A stretch of 64,000 nucleotides of DNA, taken from positions 2,672-66,671 of the forward strand of contig DANO01000013.1 of the NCBI GenBank assembly GCA_002497295.1. Reading direction: 5' to 3'. Of this stretch, positions 9,851 through 18,494 are shown piece after piece; the stretch's first letter is position 1, and each line of letters starts with the position of its first letter. The DNA comes from Euryarchaeota archaeon UBA171 (GTDB taxonomy: Archaea; Thermoplasmatota; Poseidoniia; Poseidoniales; Thalassarchaeaceae). Both the position numbers and the translations under genes were made by a program. The notes beneath the pieces were generated by a model. The model was not told the DNA's origin, searched no databases, and worked only from the letters and a program-made list of their open reading frames with translations.

Positions 9851-12133
9851 TTGCTGTTCAATTTGCATGCGGATTACAGTACTGCTGGGGATCAGCAACA
9901 GGCTATCGATCAATTGGTTGATCAGCTTGAAAAAGAACAGAAACGTTGTATTCTGCTAGGGGTCACCGGCTCAGGTAAGACTTTCGCCATGGCGAACATA
10001 ATACAGAGACTGCAGATGCCAACTTTGATACTGTCGCACAACAAAACTCTCGCTCGTCAGCTTTGGCAGGAAATGAGTGAGCTTTTCCAAGACAATGCTG
10101 TAGAGTACTTCGTTAGCTACTATGATTACTACCAACCCGAGGCGTATCTCCCCAATCGTGATCTCTACATAGACAAAGAATTACAGATGAATGAGCGAAT
10201 CGAGCAAGAACGTTTCTCAACAGTAGCATCACTGGTCTCGCGGCCCGACGTGATAGCCATCGGCACCGTATCTGCAATCTATGGTTTGAATCCCCCCGAA
10301 GTATTCCAACAGAGTCACGTTCAACTTCACGTGGGGCAAGAAATCGAGCCACAGGAAGCTGTTAGGGAACTCATAACACTTCAGTATCGGAGAACAACTG
10401 GAGATCTTGTACGTGGAGACATAAGACTCAGGGGCGAAGTGCTTGATGTCTGGATGCCTAGTAGGGATGACCCAATCCGTATAAGATTCGGATGGGATGG
10501 TATCGAAAGAATTCAGGTGTGTGAAGCAGTTAGTTGGGAGCCTCTTGACGAAATAGAAGAAGCCTGGATTCATCCGAGAGAGTTCTACATGACAGATGAA
10601 GAAAGATTCTCTACTGCACTTGAAAACATAGAGTTGGAACTTGATGAAAGATCTGCTTGGTTTGAATCTAAGGGAAGGGATTTGGAAGCACACAGGATTG
10701 AACAACGAACGAAATTCGATCTAGAGATGTTGCAAGAATTGGGCTCATGCAAAGGGGTGGAGAACTACTCCCGACATTTCGATGGCAGGGAAATAGGAGA
10801 ACGCCCATACTGCCTGCTTGACTTCTTCGCTACTAATGCCGATAGTTTCCATGGGGGTGCGGATCGGTATCTAGTAATCATGGATGAAAGTCACGTCACC
10901 CTTCCCCAGGTAGGAGGCATGTATGCAGGAGATTTTGCTCGAAAGAAGAATCTGGTAGATCATGGGTTCCGCTTACCATGCGCATATGACAACAGACCAC
11001 TTAGAATTGATGAGTTTCAGAAATTGATTCCAAAGATGCTCTATGTCAGCGCGACACCGGGGGAGCGTGAATTCAGACATCTAGCAGAAGTGACTGGGCA
11101 AGAAGTACCGAGGGGGCTACTCCATGCGCCCTCAGGTGGAGGAGCGGGCAAAGCCGACATTGCAAAAAGGGAAGGCGATGGCTCCATGGAGAAGATTGTC
11201 AATTCCATAGAGGGTATTGTCAGCATGGAGATTCGACCTACTGGACTTCTTGATCCGAAAATTGAGGTACGGTCGACAAGTGGCCAAGTTCAGGATCTTC
11301 TAAGTGAGATAAACAACAGGGTCGAGAAGAACGAGAGGGTACTGGTCACGGTCCTTACCATCAAATTCGCAGAAGAAGTGTCTGAATATTTACAAGGAAT
11401 GGGCATAAAAGCCCATTATCTTCATTCAGAAATAGACACGCTTGAGCGTTCTGAAATCATCAAGGCTCTGAGAATTGGCCATATTGATGTCATTGTGGGA
11501 ATAAATCTCTTGAGAGAAGGGCTCGATATTCCCGAAGTCTCCCTCGTTGCTATTTTTGACGCGGCTGCTCAGGGATTTCTCAGAAATGAGCGTAGCCTCC
11601 TACAAACTATTGGTCGCGCGGCACGTAACGAGGAGGGGTCAGTCATACTCTACGCAGATAGCATATCTCCTGCGATGGAGGGCGCAATTAGGCAAACTTC
11701 TGAACGTAGAAAGCGACAGGCAGCCTACAATCTAGATCACGGCGTGATCCCAAGAACTATCAAAAAGGCACTGCCGACTATGGGGGATGAAACAGAAGAC
11801 TTGCTTGCAGGGGTTGCAGGACGTGGCACCAAGGGCGGTAGGCGCCTGGTGGCCAAGAAGCAACGAACTAGAGATGTGTCAACTTTCGCAAAGAAGTTTG
11901 ATTTGGGCGCAGGAGCGTGGACCTCTTCAGATTCAGTTCTTGAGTCGATCTCTCAGCCGGAGTGGGTTGATGCCGCCGAAGAGGTGTTGGCTGGTAATGT
12001 GGGGGATTCGGAGACGAAGCGGCTTATTGAAAAATTAGAGAAAGAGATGAAGGCGGCGGCGGCCAGGCTTGACTTCGAAAGAGCGGCCGATATTAGAGAT
12101 AGAATTTCTGAACTTCAGTATACGACCAATTGA
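9851..12133 (+). CDS. uvrB: excinuclease ABC subunit B
   Basis: 760 aa with a TTG start. GDQQQAIDQL, GVTGSGKTF, VSYYDYYQPEAY, MDESHVT, and a C-terminal UVR motif LDFERAADIRDRISELQ. Confidence 0.93.
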   Translation: MLFNLHADYSTAGDQQQAIDQLVDQLEKEQKRCILLGVTGSGKTFAMANIIQRLQMPTLILSHNKTLARQLWQEMSELFQDNAVEYFVSYYDYYQPEAYLPNRDLYIDKELQMNERIEQERFSTVASLVSRPDVIAIGTVSAIYGLNPPEVFQQSHVQLHVGQEIEPQEAVRELITLQYRRTTGDLVRGDIRLRGEVLDVWMPSRDDPIRIRFGWDGIERIQVCEAVSWEPLDEIEEAWIHPREFYMTDEERFSTALENIELELDERSAWFESKGRDLEAHRIEQRTKFDLEMLQELGSCKGVENYSRHFDGREIGERPYCLLDFFATNADSFHGGADRYLVIMDESHVTLPQVGGMYAGDFARKKNLVDHGFRLPCAYDNRPLRIDEFQKLIPKMLYVSATPGEREFRHLAEVTGQEVPRGLLHAPSGGGAGKADIAKREGDGSMEKIVNSIEGIVSMEIRPTGLLDPKIEVRSTSGQVQDLLSEINNRVEKNERVLVTVLTIKFAEEVSEYLQGMGIKAHYLHSEIDTLERSEIIKALRIGHIDVIVGINLLREGLDIPEVSLVAIFDAAAQGFLRNERSLLQTIGRAARNEEGSVILYADSISPAMEGAIRQTSERRKRQAAYNLDHGVIPRTIKKALPTMGDETEDLLAGVAGRGTKGGRRLVAKKQRTRDVSTFAKKFDLGAGAWTSSDSVLESISQPEWVDAAEEVLAGNVGDSETKRLIEKLEKEMKAAAARLDFERAADIRDRISELQYTTN

Positions 12134-12157
12134 AATCTTGATGCAGGAGCCAAAAGC

Positions 12158-13138
12158 ATGGTCGAGTACAATCCGCATGACTTCAAAGATCCTGTTCTGG
12201 ATTATGATTTCAATAAAATTCAGAATACTTCCGATCTCATAGATCAGATGTCTGTGGCCGGAGGTTTTACTGCGACAAAATTAGCCAAGGCGAGGGACAT
12301 GCTATCCAAAATGTTTGAAGAAGCAGGGAGTGAGGGCGTCGTAAATTGGATTTCCTTCCCTGCTGCTCTATGTGCGACAGGCACTCGTGGCTTCTTCCTT
12401 GAGTTGGTAAAAAGGCGTTTAGTTGACGTCATAGTTACAACGTGCGGCACCCTAGACCATGATCTTGCAAGAACATATAGGCAATACTTCCATGGTGATT
12501 TCGAATTGGATGATATTGCTCTTGGCCAGCAAGGCCTTAATCGCCTTGGCAATGTTATAGTTCCGAATGAATGCTATGGAGAAATTCTCGAAGCTAAGCT
12601 TCTACCCTGGTTGAGCGAGATAGAGGAAGAGAGGCGTGCATTGAGTGATTCTCCATGGAATGGTTTCGGTAGTGTTGAGCTGTGTTGGGCATTAGGAGAT
12701 CGGATGGAAGATGAAGGAAGCCTCCTTTACTGGGCTGCTAAACACAGGATTCCAATCGTAATTCCCGGTATAACTGATGGTTCAATCGGAGCCCAATTAT
12801 TCATGCATAGGCAAAGAAGCCCTTCGTTTATGATCGACGTTCTTGCAGATGAAGAAATATGTTCAGACCTATCATGGACGTCAAAAAAAGCGAATGCTCT
12901 CATGGTAGGAGGCGGGATCAGCAAGCATCATGTGATTTGGTGGAATCAATATCGAGGGGGACTTGATTCGGCGATTGGGATTTCAACCGCTCCCGAATAC
13001 GATGGTTCATTATCTGGGGCGAGACTCCGCGAAGCGATATCTTGGGGCAAGATCAGACCAGAGGCTCCCCATGTTTTGGTTGAAGGGGAAGCCAGCATGA
13101 TTCTACCAATCCTAGGAGCGGCATTACTTAGTCAATGA
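12158..13138 (+). CDS. dys: deoxyhypusine synthase
   Basis: 326 aa. VTTCGTLDHDL, IPGITDGSIG, MVGGGISKHHV and EAISWGKI blocks. Confidence 0.9.
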   Translation: MVEYNPHDFKDPVLDYDFNKIQNTSDLIDQMSVAGGFTATKLAKARDMLSKMFEEAGSEGVVNWISFPAALCATGTRGFFLELVKRRLVDVIVTTCGTLDHDLARTYRQYFHGDFELDDIALGQQGLNRLGNVIVPNECYGEILEAKLLPWLSEIEEERRALSDSPWNGFGSVELCWALGDRMEDEGSLLYWAAKHRIPIVIPGITDGSIGAQLFMHRQRSPSFMIDVLADEEICSDLSWTSKKANALMVGGGISKHHVIWWNQYRGGLDSAIGISTAPEYDGSLSGARLREAISWGKIRPEAPHVLVEGEASMILPILGAALLSQ

Positions 13139-13180
13139 ATTTGGAGAATATTCAAAGAGTACTCTTCACTCGGCTGGCCT

Positions 13181-13360
13181 ATGTCTATTGCAGATATGGT
13201 ACAGAACATGATTGATGAATTGAACGAGGCCATGGCGGACGCAGTGAAGTCCGACAATGGTAACAATGCGGCCATGACTCGTGTTCGCAAGGCAATGCAG
13301 TCCGCAAAGGGCGCTGCACAGGATGTTCGTATGAAGATCAGCACCATCCGAAACGGATGA
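13181..13360 (+). CDS. Hc1-family 'histone H1-like' small nucleoid protein (59 aa, absent from the ORF track)
   Basis: Hand translation gives MSIADMVQNMIDELNEAMADAVKSDNGNNAAMTRVRKAMQSAKGAAQDVRMKISTIRNG. The GN(K/N)AAxxRVRKAMQ core matches the roughly 60-aa bacterial Hc1-like proteins as I remember them. An in-frame stop lies at 13136-13138 upstream. Confidence 0.55.
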   Translation: MSIADMVQNMIDELNEAMADAVKSDNGNNAAMTRVRKAMQSAKGAAQDVRMKISTIRNG

Positions 13361-13369
13361 TCTGTATTC

Positions 13370-14056
13370 TCATTCAAACAGATTAGCGAATACTCGCATT
13401 ATGGCGAGTCTGAGAGATCCTGAGGGCCTCCAGCCGTGAGGCTCCCCACAGTTTCTCATGTGCCTATCGATATGATCAAGATTTGGCCTAGCAATGTCGC
13501 CGTGTCCTCTCGGCAATGGTACAAGTGGAGGCTCTTTCAGAGTACTCGGATCGTGTGTTCCCTCTACTGAAGCGGAATAACGATTCCAGAGGTGAGCTGC
13601 CTCGGAATACACTGCTTCAGGCCACCATGGCCTCCTCCCAGCCATTAACAATGGTTGACTGGGTGACGGTAATTTGTTTTCTATAACCATTATCCGTATT
13701 GCTTCAGCAACATCACTTACAGACAACCAGAATCTTGGCCTTTTGATTCTACAATGCATATCAGAACCGGATATCGCGTCGGCGATTATTGAATGGAAGG
13801 TGCCATCCTCCCACAAAGGGTCACAAGTATCCGTTATGACGTCCATCACAAGTATGAGTGGCGAGTTGTGAAGGATTTTTTCTTCGCTCCACGGGAGGAT
13901 GGTAAGTCCGGATGCCTCGACGCCAACCCCGATCTCGAGCTGGTGCGGGTCGTCGTACTGATATTGTTGGTATGGTATTGTATCAAGTCTAGATGCTATG
14001 GCATCTCTAAGAGGTCCTTGAGGGCCCAGGATATCAGCCACTCCCGGCATAGTCAT
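13370..14056 (-). CDS. hypothetical protein resembling the C-terminal half of an NAD-dependent epimerase/dehydratase
   Basis: 228 aa. VSDVAEAIRIMV and a C-terminal GWRPSGSLRLAIMRV resemble SDR-epimerase C-terminal blocks. No GxxGxxG Rossmann motif is present. Confidence 0.45.
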   Translation of the reverse strand: MTMPGVADILGPQGPLRDAIASRLDTIPYQQYQYDDPHQLEIGVGVEASGLTILPWSEEKILHNSPLILVMDVITDTCDPLWEDGTFHSIIADAISGSDMHCRIKRPRFWLSVSDVAEAIRIMVIENKLPSPSQPLLMAGRRPWWPEAVYSEAAHLWNRYSASVEGTHDPSTLKEPPLVPLPRGHGDIARPNLDHIDRHMRNCGEPHGWRPSGSLRLAIMRVFANLFE

Positions 14057-14059
14057 CTC

Positions 14060-15574
14060 TCAATTTGCAAGAATTCCTTCAGCCGGTACATGATCGTCCT
14101 CGACGAAAGATCTCAGACAAGATTCTACAAGTGACACAATCATGTCAATTTCTTCTGACGTGATTAGGAAATGCGGAGTGAATCTTAGCGCATTTACGCC
14201 GCCATGTATCACACCTAGACCATTTCTCCGACACCATTGCTCGATTCCGTCCGCCCCCACCACAATAAATCGTGTGGGATCTAATTCTGCCGAGAGCAAA
14301 AGACCGGTTCCCTGCACCTGTGTTATGCATCCGGGCATTGCTGCAGAAAGTTTCTCTAATTTACTAACGAATTCTTTACCCCTTTCCCTGATATTTTGAC
14401 GTAGTTCTGGAGTTATGCTCTCAAGAACGGAGATAGCCGTTTCTAGAGATCTAGGATTTGTAGTCATGGTGTTACCATAGACGCCCACGACATATGTCTT
14501 CGACGCTCTTTCACTCATGCCCAATACTGAGAGGGGGTATTGTCCAGCATTGAGCGCCTTGGACCATGTCTCAAAGTCAGGCACCTCACAATCTTCGAAA
14601 CCAGGATAATCTACAATACTTAGACATCCCTGTCCCCTCAAACCTGCCTGTATCGAGTCTATCAAAAGGAAGGAGCCATGCAGATTCGATAGTTTTCTTG
14701 CAACGTCATAGAAATCTCTCGTAATCGAGAGACCAGGGTTTCCTTCACCCATCACGGGTTCCATCGCAACAAGTTCGATGAAAGCATTGTTTGCCTCTGC
14801 TTCCTTGAAAACAGATTGAAGTTTGTCGACATCGTTTGGAGGGACTAGTTTGACCCCCTCTCGATTTCTGAATGATGCGAGTTTATCGCGATATTTGGGC
14901 AGACATGAGTCTGAAATCGAGGCGGGTCGGTCAGTTCGTCCATGAAAGCCATGGTCTAATGCGATAGTCCAGATTTTCTTTCCTTCATGCGGTCCGCCTA
15001 CGTCAGTCATCAATCTAGCATTGATATCTGCAATACGCATAGCCACCGTGACAGATTCGGAACCGCTGTTCATACATATGAATCTGTCAAATGGACAATT
15101 TTCTCGGCTATACCCTACTTCTGTTCTTATGGCCTCTGCGAATCTCATATGAGTCAGCGAAGGAGTCATGACATTGGCCATAACATGAGTCTCAGACATT
15201 GCCGACATAACGTGGGATGGTGAATGTCCCATTCCGAGCATACCATATCCTCCATTATCATGTATCACAGCGCCATGAGTTGTTACGATCCAAGGACCCT
15301 TGGCTGCAAGAGGTATGTACGGATTTACAGTTGATGGCTCGTAGAAATTCACGTAATACTTCTGGAGCTCCTTCGCAAAGTCTGCTTCATCGAGATTTAG
15401 AAGGAGTTCTTCAATGGAAGAATCCATCTGGCCTCTGGCGAGCACAGCTTGATCTATTGCTAAATCGAGATTGGGGTCACTAATGAGGAATGATTCGATT
15501 GATTCGCTACTAAGACCATAGGTAAATGCCGGTCCGGAAGAAGATCTGAGCAGTTCGATTCGGCTATCCATCAA
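14060..15574 (-). CDS. class-III PLP-dependent aminotransferase (acetylornithine/GABA aminotransferase-like)
   Basis: 504 aa. GGYGMLGMGHSP, NSGSESVTVAMRIA, LLIDSIQAGLRGQG and a lysine-containing WSKALNAGQYPLS block. Confidence 0.8.
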   Translation of the reverse strand: MMDSRIELLRSSSGPAFTYGLSSESIESFLISDPNLDLAIDQAVLARGQMDSSIEELLLNLDEADFAKELQKYYVNFYEPSTVNPYIPLAAKGPWIVTTHGAVIHDNGGYGMLGMGHSPSHVMSAMSETHVMANVMTPSLTHMRFAEAIRTEVGYSRENCPFDRFICMNSGSESVTVAMRIADINARLMTDVGGPHEGKKIWTIALDHGFHGRTDRPASISDSCLPKYRDKLASFRNREGVKLVPPNDVDKLQSVFKEAEANNAFIELVAMEPVMGEGNPGLSITRDFYDVARKLSNLHGSFLLIDSIQAGLRGQGCLSIVDYPGFEDCEVPDFETWSKALNAGQYPLSVLGMSERASKTYVVGVYGNTMTTNPRSLETAISVLESITPELRQNIRERGKEFVSKLEKLSAAMPGCITQVQGTGLLLSAELDPTRFIVVGADGIEQWCRRNGLGVIHGGVNALRFTPHFLITSEEIDMIVSLVESCLRSFVEDDHVPAEGILAN

Positions 15575-15639
15575 ACTACGCAGGAGTAGGCCATCAAATG
15601 AATATTCGCTGTTTGCTTCAAATTTTCAGCACGGTTATT

Positions 15640-15755
15640 AGAGGCTGATAATCTATTAAAAAAATAAAAATTAATTCAATAATTGAATTGATATTTTATA
15701 CATAACAATAAATTTTCAATTGAAAAATTAAATTATTATTCGATTTGATTATATG
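15640..15755. promoter_or_regulatory. AT-rich divergent promoter region with two TTCAAT/ATTGAA palindromes
   Basis: Almost pure A/T between divergent genes. AATTCAAT-A-ATTGAATT lies at 15673-15689 and TTTTCAATTGAAAA at 15713-15726. TATA-like runs are present (TTTTATACAT, TTATAT). Confidence 0.4.
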
Positions 15756-15817
15756 CCGACTTGCTGCTCGACCCATGTAGATCGAGGGCAAGTGGGGTGC
15801 AGGTCGGTGGTAGTCGA

Positions 15818-16387
15818 ATGAGTGAGAAGTTGGAAATACAGGAATTATTACAGAAGGAAGTGTATGTTGGAGATACCCTGGTAGGGGTTATCGTTGGTGA
15901 ACGGTTCCACCCGCGGGAGGAAAATGTCAGGTCAATGCGTATCCAGGTGCTGGATGGCGTTGCAGAAGAATACATGAGGAAGCCTGCGGATCATGCGCCT
16001 TTGCACAAAGAATTGGTCCACAGCATAAGGCCCGATGGTTCAGTTAAGTTATCGAAATCGATGCGTGAACTTCAGAGAAGATGGCGAAACACCGTTAGGA
16101 TCAATGAGCAGCTTTGGGCGCCTGATGAATTGATGGATCGTGCAGTCATGGATAACGATGGGGTCGATATAGGCAATGTCGTTAGTTTGGTCAAGGTGAA
16201 GAGGACTTATCGAGGGGTTGTGGTAGACGTGCATGGCGTTCTTCAACGAAGGATGGGTCTTCCTGATCAAATCATAATACCGGTAACTCAACTGGCTAGG
16301 ACTACTGCTTATCTCGATGAAATAATTCTGAGATGTCCGCTCAATAGGCTCCTCTCTCTCCCAAGTTATTTGCAACTCAACGAGTGA
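15818..16387 (+). CDS. PRC-barrel domain protein
   Basis: The listed ORF begins at 15761; ATG 15818 gives MSEKLEIQELL. ELMDRAVMDNDGVDIGNVVSLV is a typical PRC-barrel strand pattern, and a weaker copy lies near the N-terminus. Confidence 0.55.
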   Translation: MSEKLEIQELLQKEVYVGDTLVGVIVGERFHPREENVRSMRIQVLDGVAEEYMRKPADHAPLHKELVHSIRPDGSVKLSKSMRELQRRWRNTVRINEQLWAPDELMDRAVMDNDGVDIGNVVSLVKVKRTYRGVVVDVHGVLQRRMGLPDQIIIPVTQLARTTAYLDEIILRCPLNRLLSLPSYLQLNE

Positions 16388-16390
16388 ATA

Positions 16391-16468
16391 TGGTGGGCAT
16401 GGCAGGATTTGAACCTGCGGCCTCCCGGTTATCAGCCGGGTGCTCCAGCCAAGCTAAGCTACACGCCC
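16391..16468 (-). tRNA. tRNA-Ile (anticodon GAU), CCA encoded
   Basis: The reverse complement folds as a cloverleaf: acceptor GGGCGTG/CATGCCC, D stem GCTT/GAGC, anticodon stem CCCGG/CCGGG with loop CTGATAA, T arm GCAGG-TTCAAAT-CCTGC, then A and CCA. Confidence 0.9.
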
Positions 16469-16577
16469 TGAGCGGCCTCCGGTGAGGCGCTACTGATTTG
16501 AAGATGCCCATTCGAATGATGATAATGATGCTCGTGATCCGGCAAGGTCATGTGTAGCATGGGACTCGCAAGACCAG

Positions 16578-17513
16578 ATGCCAGTAGTTAGTGGCCCGGC
16601 CTACACGGAGGTCGCAATGGGTCTCGCTAATGAGTTGGGCATGCATTACCTCGCTACTGAAACTCGTCGTTTTCCAGATGGTGAGGGTTATCTTCGTACT
16701 CCTGTTGAGGGTTTTAATTCAATGCGATCTGAACCAGTGATTGTAGTCTCTTCCACCTTCCCAGATAATGGAATTGTCCAGACGATGATGATGCTGGCCG
16801 GTGTTGCCGATATCCAAAAGGGGGATTTGTCTAACCTAAAGGGCGAAGGTGCACAGAATCTGAATGACTCGGGACGAAGAATCTTGCTTGCAGTGCCGTA
16901 CTATGGCTATGCGCGGCAAGATAAGAGATTCTCGGCAGGAGAAGTAATCGCTGCAGGGGTCATTGCTGATCATCTGGCTACAGCATGCGATGGGATTGTC
17001 ATACTTGACATTCATGAGTCCAAAGTTTTGGAATCTCACAAACATCCTATTCAATTTGTCACCGCGGTGCCTGAACTCTCTGATTTACTCTCCAAAGATG
17101 TATCTCCAGACTTCATTCTATCGCCTGATAAAGGAGCAATTGACAGGGCGAAGGAGGTTGCTGGGATCATAGGGGTCCCATATAGCTACCTTGAGAAAAA
17201 GAGAATTGATGCACACACCATAGAGCATACTCCAAAGGATCTTGATGTATCTGGAAAGGTTGTGGCGATTGTTGATGACATGATTAGCACAGGCGGTACG
17301 ATCTGTAGGGCGAGTGATGCCTTGCGCCGACAAGGTGCGACCGAAGTGCATGCAGCGTGCACTCATGGACTGTTCACCTCGGGGGCACTCACTAGGCTCG
17401 TTAAGCACGTTGATGGCGTATACAGTACTGATTCGCTATCTAATCCACGTGCCGTCGTTTCTGGGGCGCCGGCCTTAGCACGAGGCGTCAGGAAGCTGTT
17501 GACCACCCTGTGA
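16578..17513 (+). CDS. prs: ribose-phosphate pyrophosphokinase (PRPP synthetase)
   Basis: 311 aa. AVPYYGYARQDKRF and the PRPP loop VAIVDDMISTGGT. Confidence 0.9.
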   Translation: MPVVSGPAYTEVAMGLANELGMHYLATETRRFPDGEGYLRTPVEGFNSMRSEPVIVVSSTFPDNGIVQTMMMLAGVADIQKGDLSNLKGEGAQNLNDSGRRILLAVPYYGYARQDKRFSAGEVIAAGVIADHLATACDGIVILDIHESKVLESHKHPIQFVTAVPELSDLLSKDVSPDFILSPDKGAIDRAKEVAGIIGVPYSYLEKKRIDAHTIEHTPKDLDVSGKVVAIVDDMISTGGTICRASDALRRQGATEVHAACTHGLFTSGALTRLVKHVDGVYSTDSLSNPRAVVSGAPALARGVRKLLTTL

Positions 17514-17586
17514 TGGCACCCCAGGTCCTGCGGTGCGTTTATACAGGCCGCGTTCAGCGGCAGGACACAGCACGAGGATGATTCCA

Positions 17587-17967
17587 ATGAGTGTACACGT
17601 TGCCTTTGAAACCCCACAAGATGTTCATGAGATTGTTTACGAGATGGTCAAGGCCCTCGGAAAAGATGGTAGAGGAGGCCTGAAGAAGGGTGCAAATGAA
17701 GTCACCAAGGCTGCTGAGAGAGGGACTGCTCTAATGGTAGTCATGGCTGAGGATGTTAATCCAAGCGAACTGCTGGCCCACATACCAATGATATGCAAGG
17801 AAAAATCAATTCCATTCATGTACGTGCCAGATCAAACATACCTGGCTGAAGCAGCAGGGATGTCTGACGGAACGAAGACCGCCGCAGTGGCCGTTGTTGA
17901 TGTAAAGAAAGATGGCGAAGATCGATTTAACGAAGTTAGGGGCCACTATGAGACCCTCTCTGCATGA
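17587..17967 (+). CDS. rpl7ae: 50S ribosomal protein L7Ae
   Basis: KKGANEVTKAAERGTALMVVMAEDVNP and IPFMYVPDQ blocks. The listed ORF starts at 17533. ATG 17587 (or 17578) gives a normal length of about 126 aa, and a GAGGA lies about 8 nt upstream of 17587. Confidence 0.9.
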   Translation: MSVHVAFETPQDVHEIVYEMVKALGKDGRGGLKKGANEVTKAAERGTALMVVMAEDVNPSELLAHIPMICKEKSIPFMYVPDQTYLAEAAGMSDGTKTAAVAVVDVKKDGEDRFNEVRGHYETLSA

Positions 17968-17979
17968 GGTGGTTGAAGG

Positions 17980-18198
17980 ATGTCACAAGAATCCTGGCCT
18001 GCCGAAGTGGTCGAAGTTGTTGGGCGCACAGGCATGACTGGTGAGGCAACTCAGGTGAAAGTACGGGTTAACGATGCTCCAAACCCCCGGGACATTGGCC
18101 GAATAATAACCAGAAACGTTGTCGGACCTGTCAGAATAGGAGATATCCTAATGCTGAAAGATACAGGTAGGGAAGCTCGTAAGCTCGGTGCGAGATAA
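17980..18198 (+). CDS. rps28e: 30S ribosomal protein S28e
   Basis: 72 aa. [23 protein letters not shown] and [14 protein letters not shown]. Confidence 0.92.
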   Translation: MSQESWPAEVVEVVGRTGMTGEATQVKVRVNDAPNPRDIGRIITRNVVGPVRIGDILMLKDTGREARKLGAR

Positions 18199-18211
18199 GG
18201 AAGTGTTGTCA

Positions 18212-18403
18212 ATGCCAGAAACGAGAATCTGCAGTTTCACTAGAGAAGAGATAGAGCCCGGTACAGGAATCATGTTTGTTAGGAGAGATGGTACAGTACT
18301 GTGGTTCAAAGACTCGAAGGCGAGAAAGAATCAGGTAAATCTGAATCGTAATCCTCGACGTCTTAAGTGGACGCGAAGATATGAGAAGGGCGGCATCAAG
18401 TAA
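18212..18403 (+). CDS. rpl24e: 50S ribosomal protein L24e
   Basis: MPETRICSFTREEIEPGTGIMFVRRDGTVLWFKDSKARKN. It completes the conserved archaeal L7Ae-S28e-L24e gene order. Confidence 0.92.
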   Translation: MPETRICSFTREEIEPGTGIMFVRRDGTVLWFKDSKARKNQVNLNRNPRRLKWTRRYEKGGIK

Positions 18404-18494
18404 GCTCCCCATTCATACAAACAGCCCAGATTGAGGTTGATTGGTGTTTTATTTCACCGATGTCATCAAGAACCCCACTTTTTCGTTTGTCTCG

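Noticed and set aside
11075-11230. UvrB insertion considered as an intein
   Set aside because: It is only about 40 extra residues and has no intein splicing blocks (no Cys/Ser at the N-terminal junction and no HN-C/S/T at the C-terminal junction).
13132-13377. 81-aa minus-strand ORF listed in the track
   Set aside because: It has no motifs and an odd composition, and it is exactly antisense to the better-supported 59-aa Hc1-like ORF. It is probably a shadow ORF.
15640-15755. AT-rich palindromic spacer considered as a replication origin
   Set aside because: There is no orc1/cdc6 gene nearby and no ORB-like longer repeats, only two short palindromes. A divergent promoter/operator is the simpler reading, and it is kept as a regulatory finding.
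16500-16560. AATGATGATAATGATG run that looks like C/C' boxes of a C/D-box sRNA, in the spacer between tRNA-Ile and prs
   Set aside because: No appropriately spaced CUGA D/D' boxes or terminal stem could be found on either strand. It is more likely part of the A/T-rich promoter region of the tRNA or of prs.
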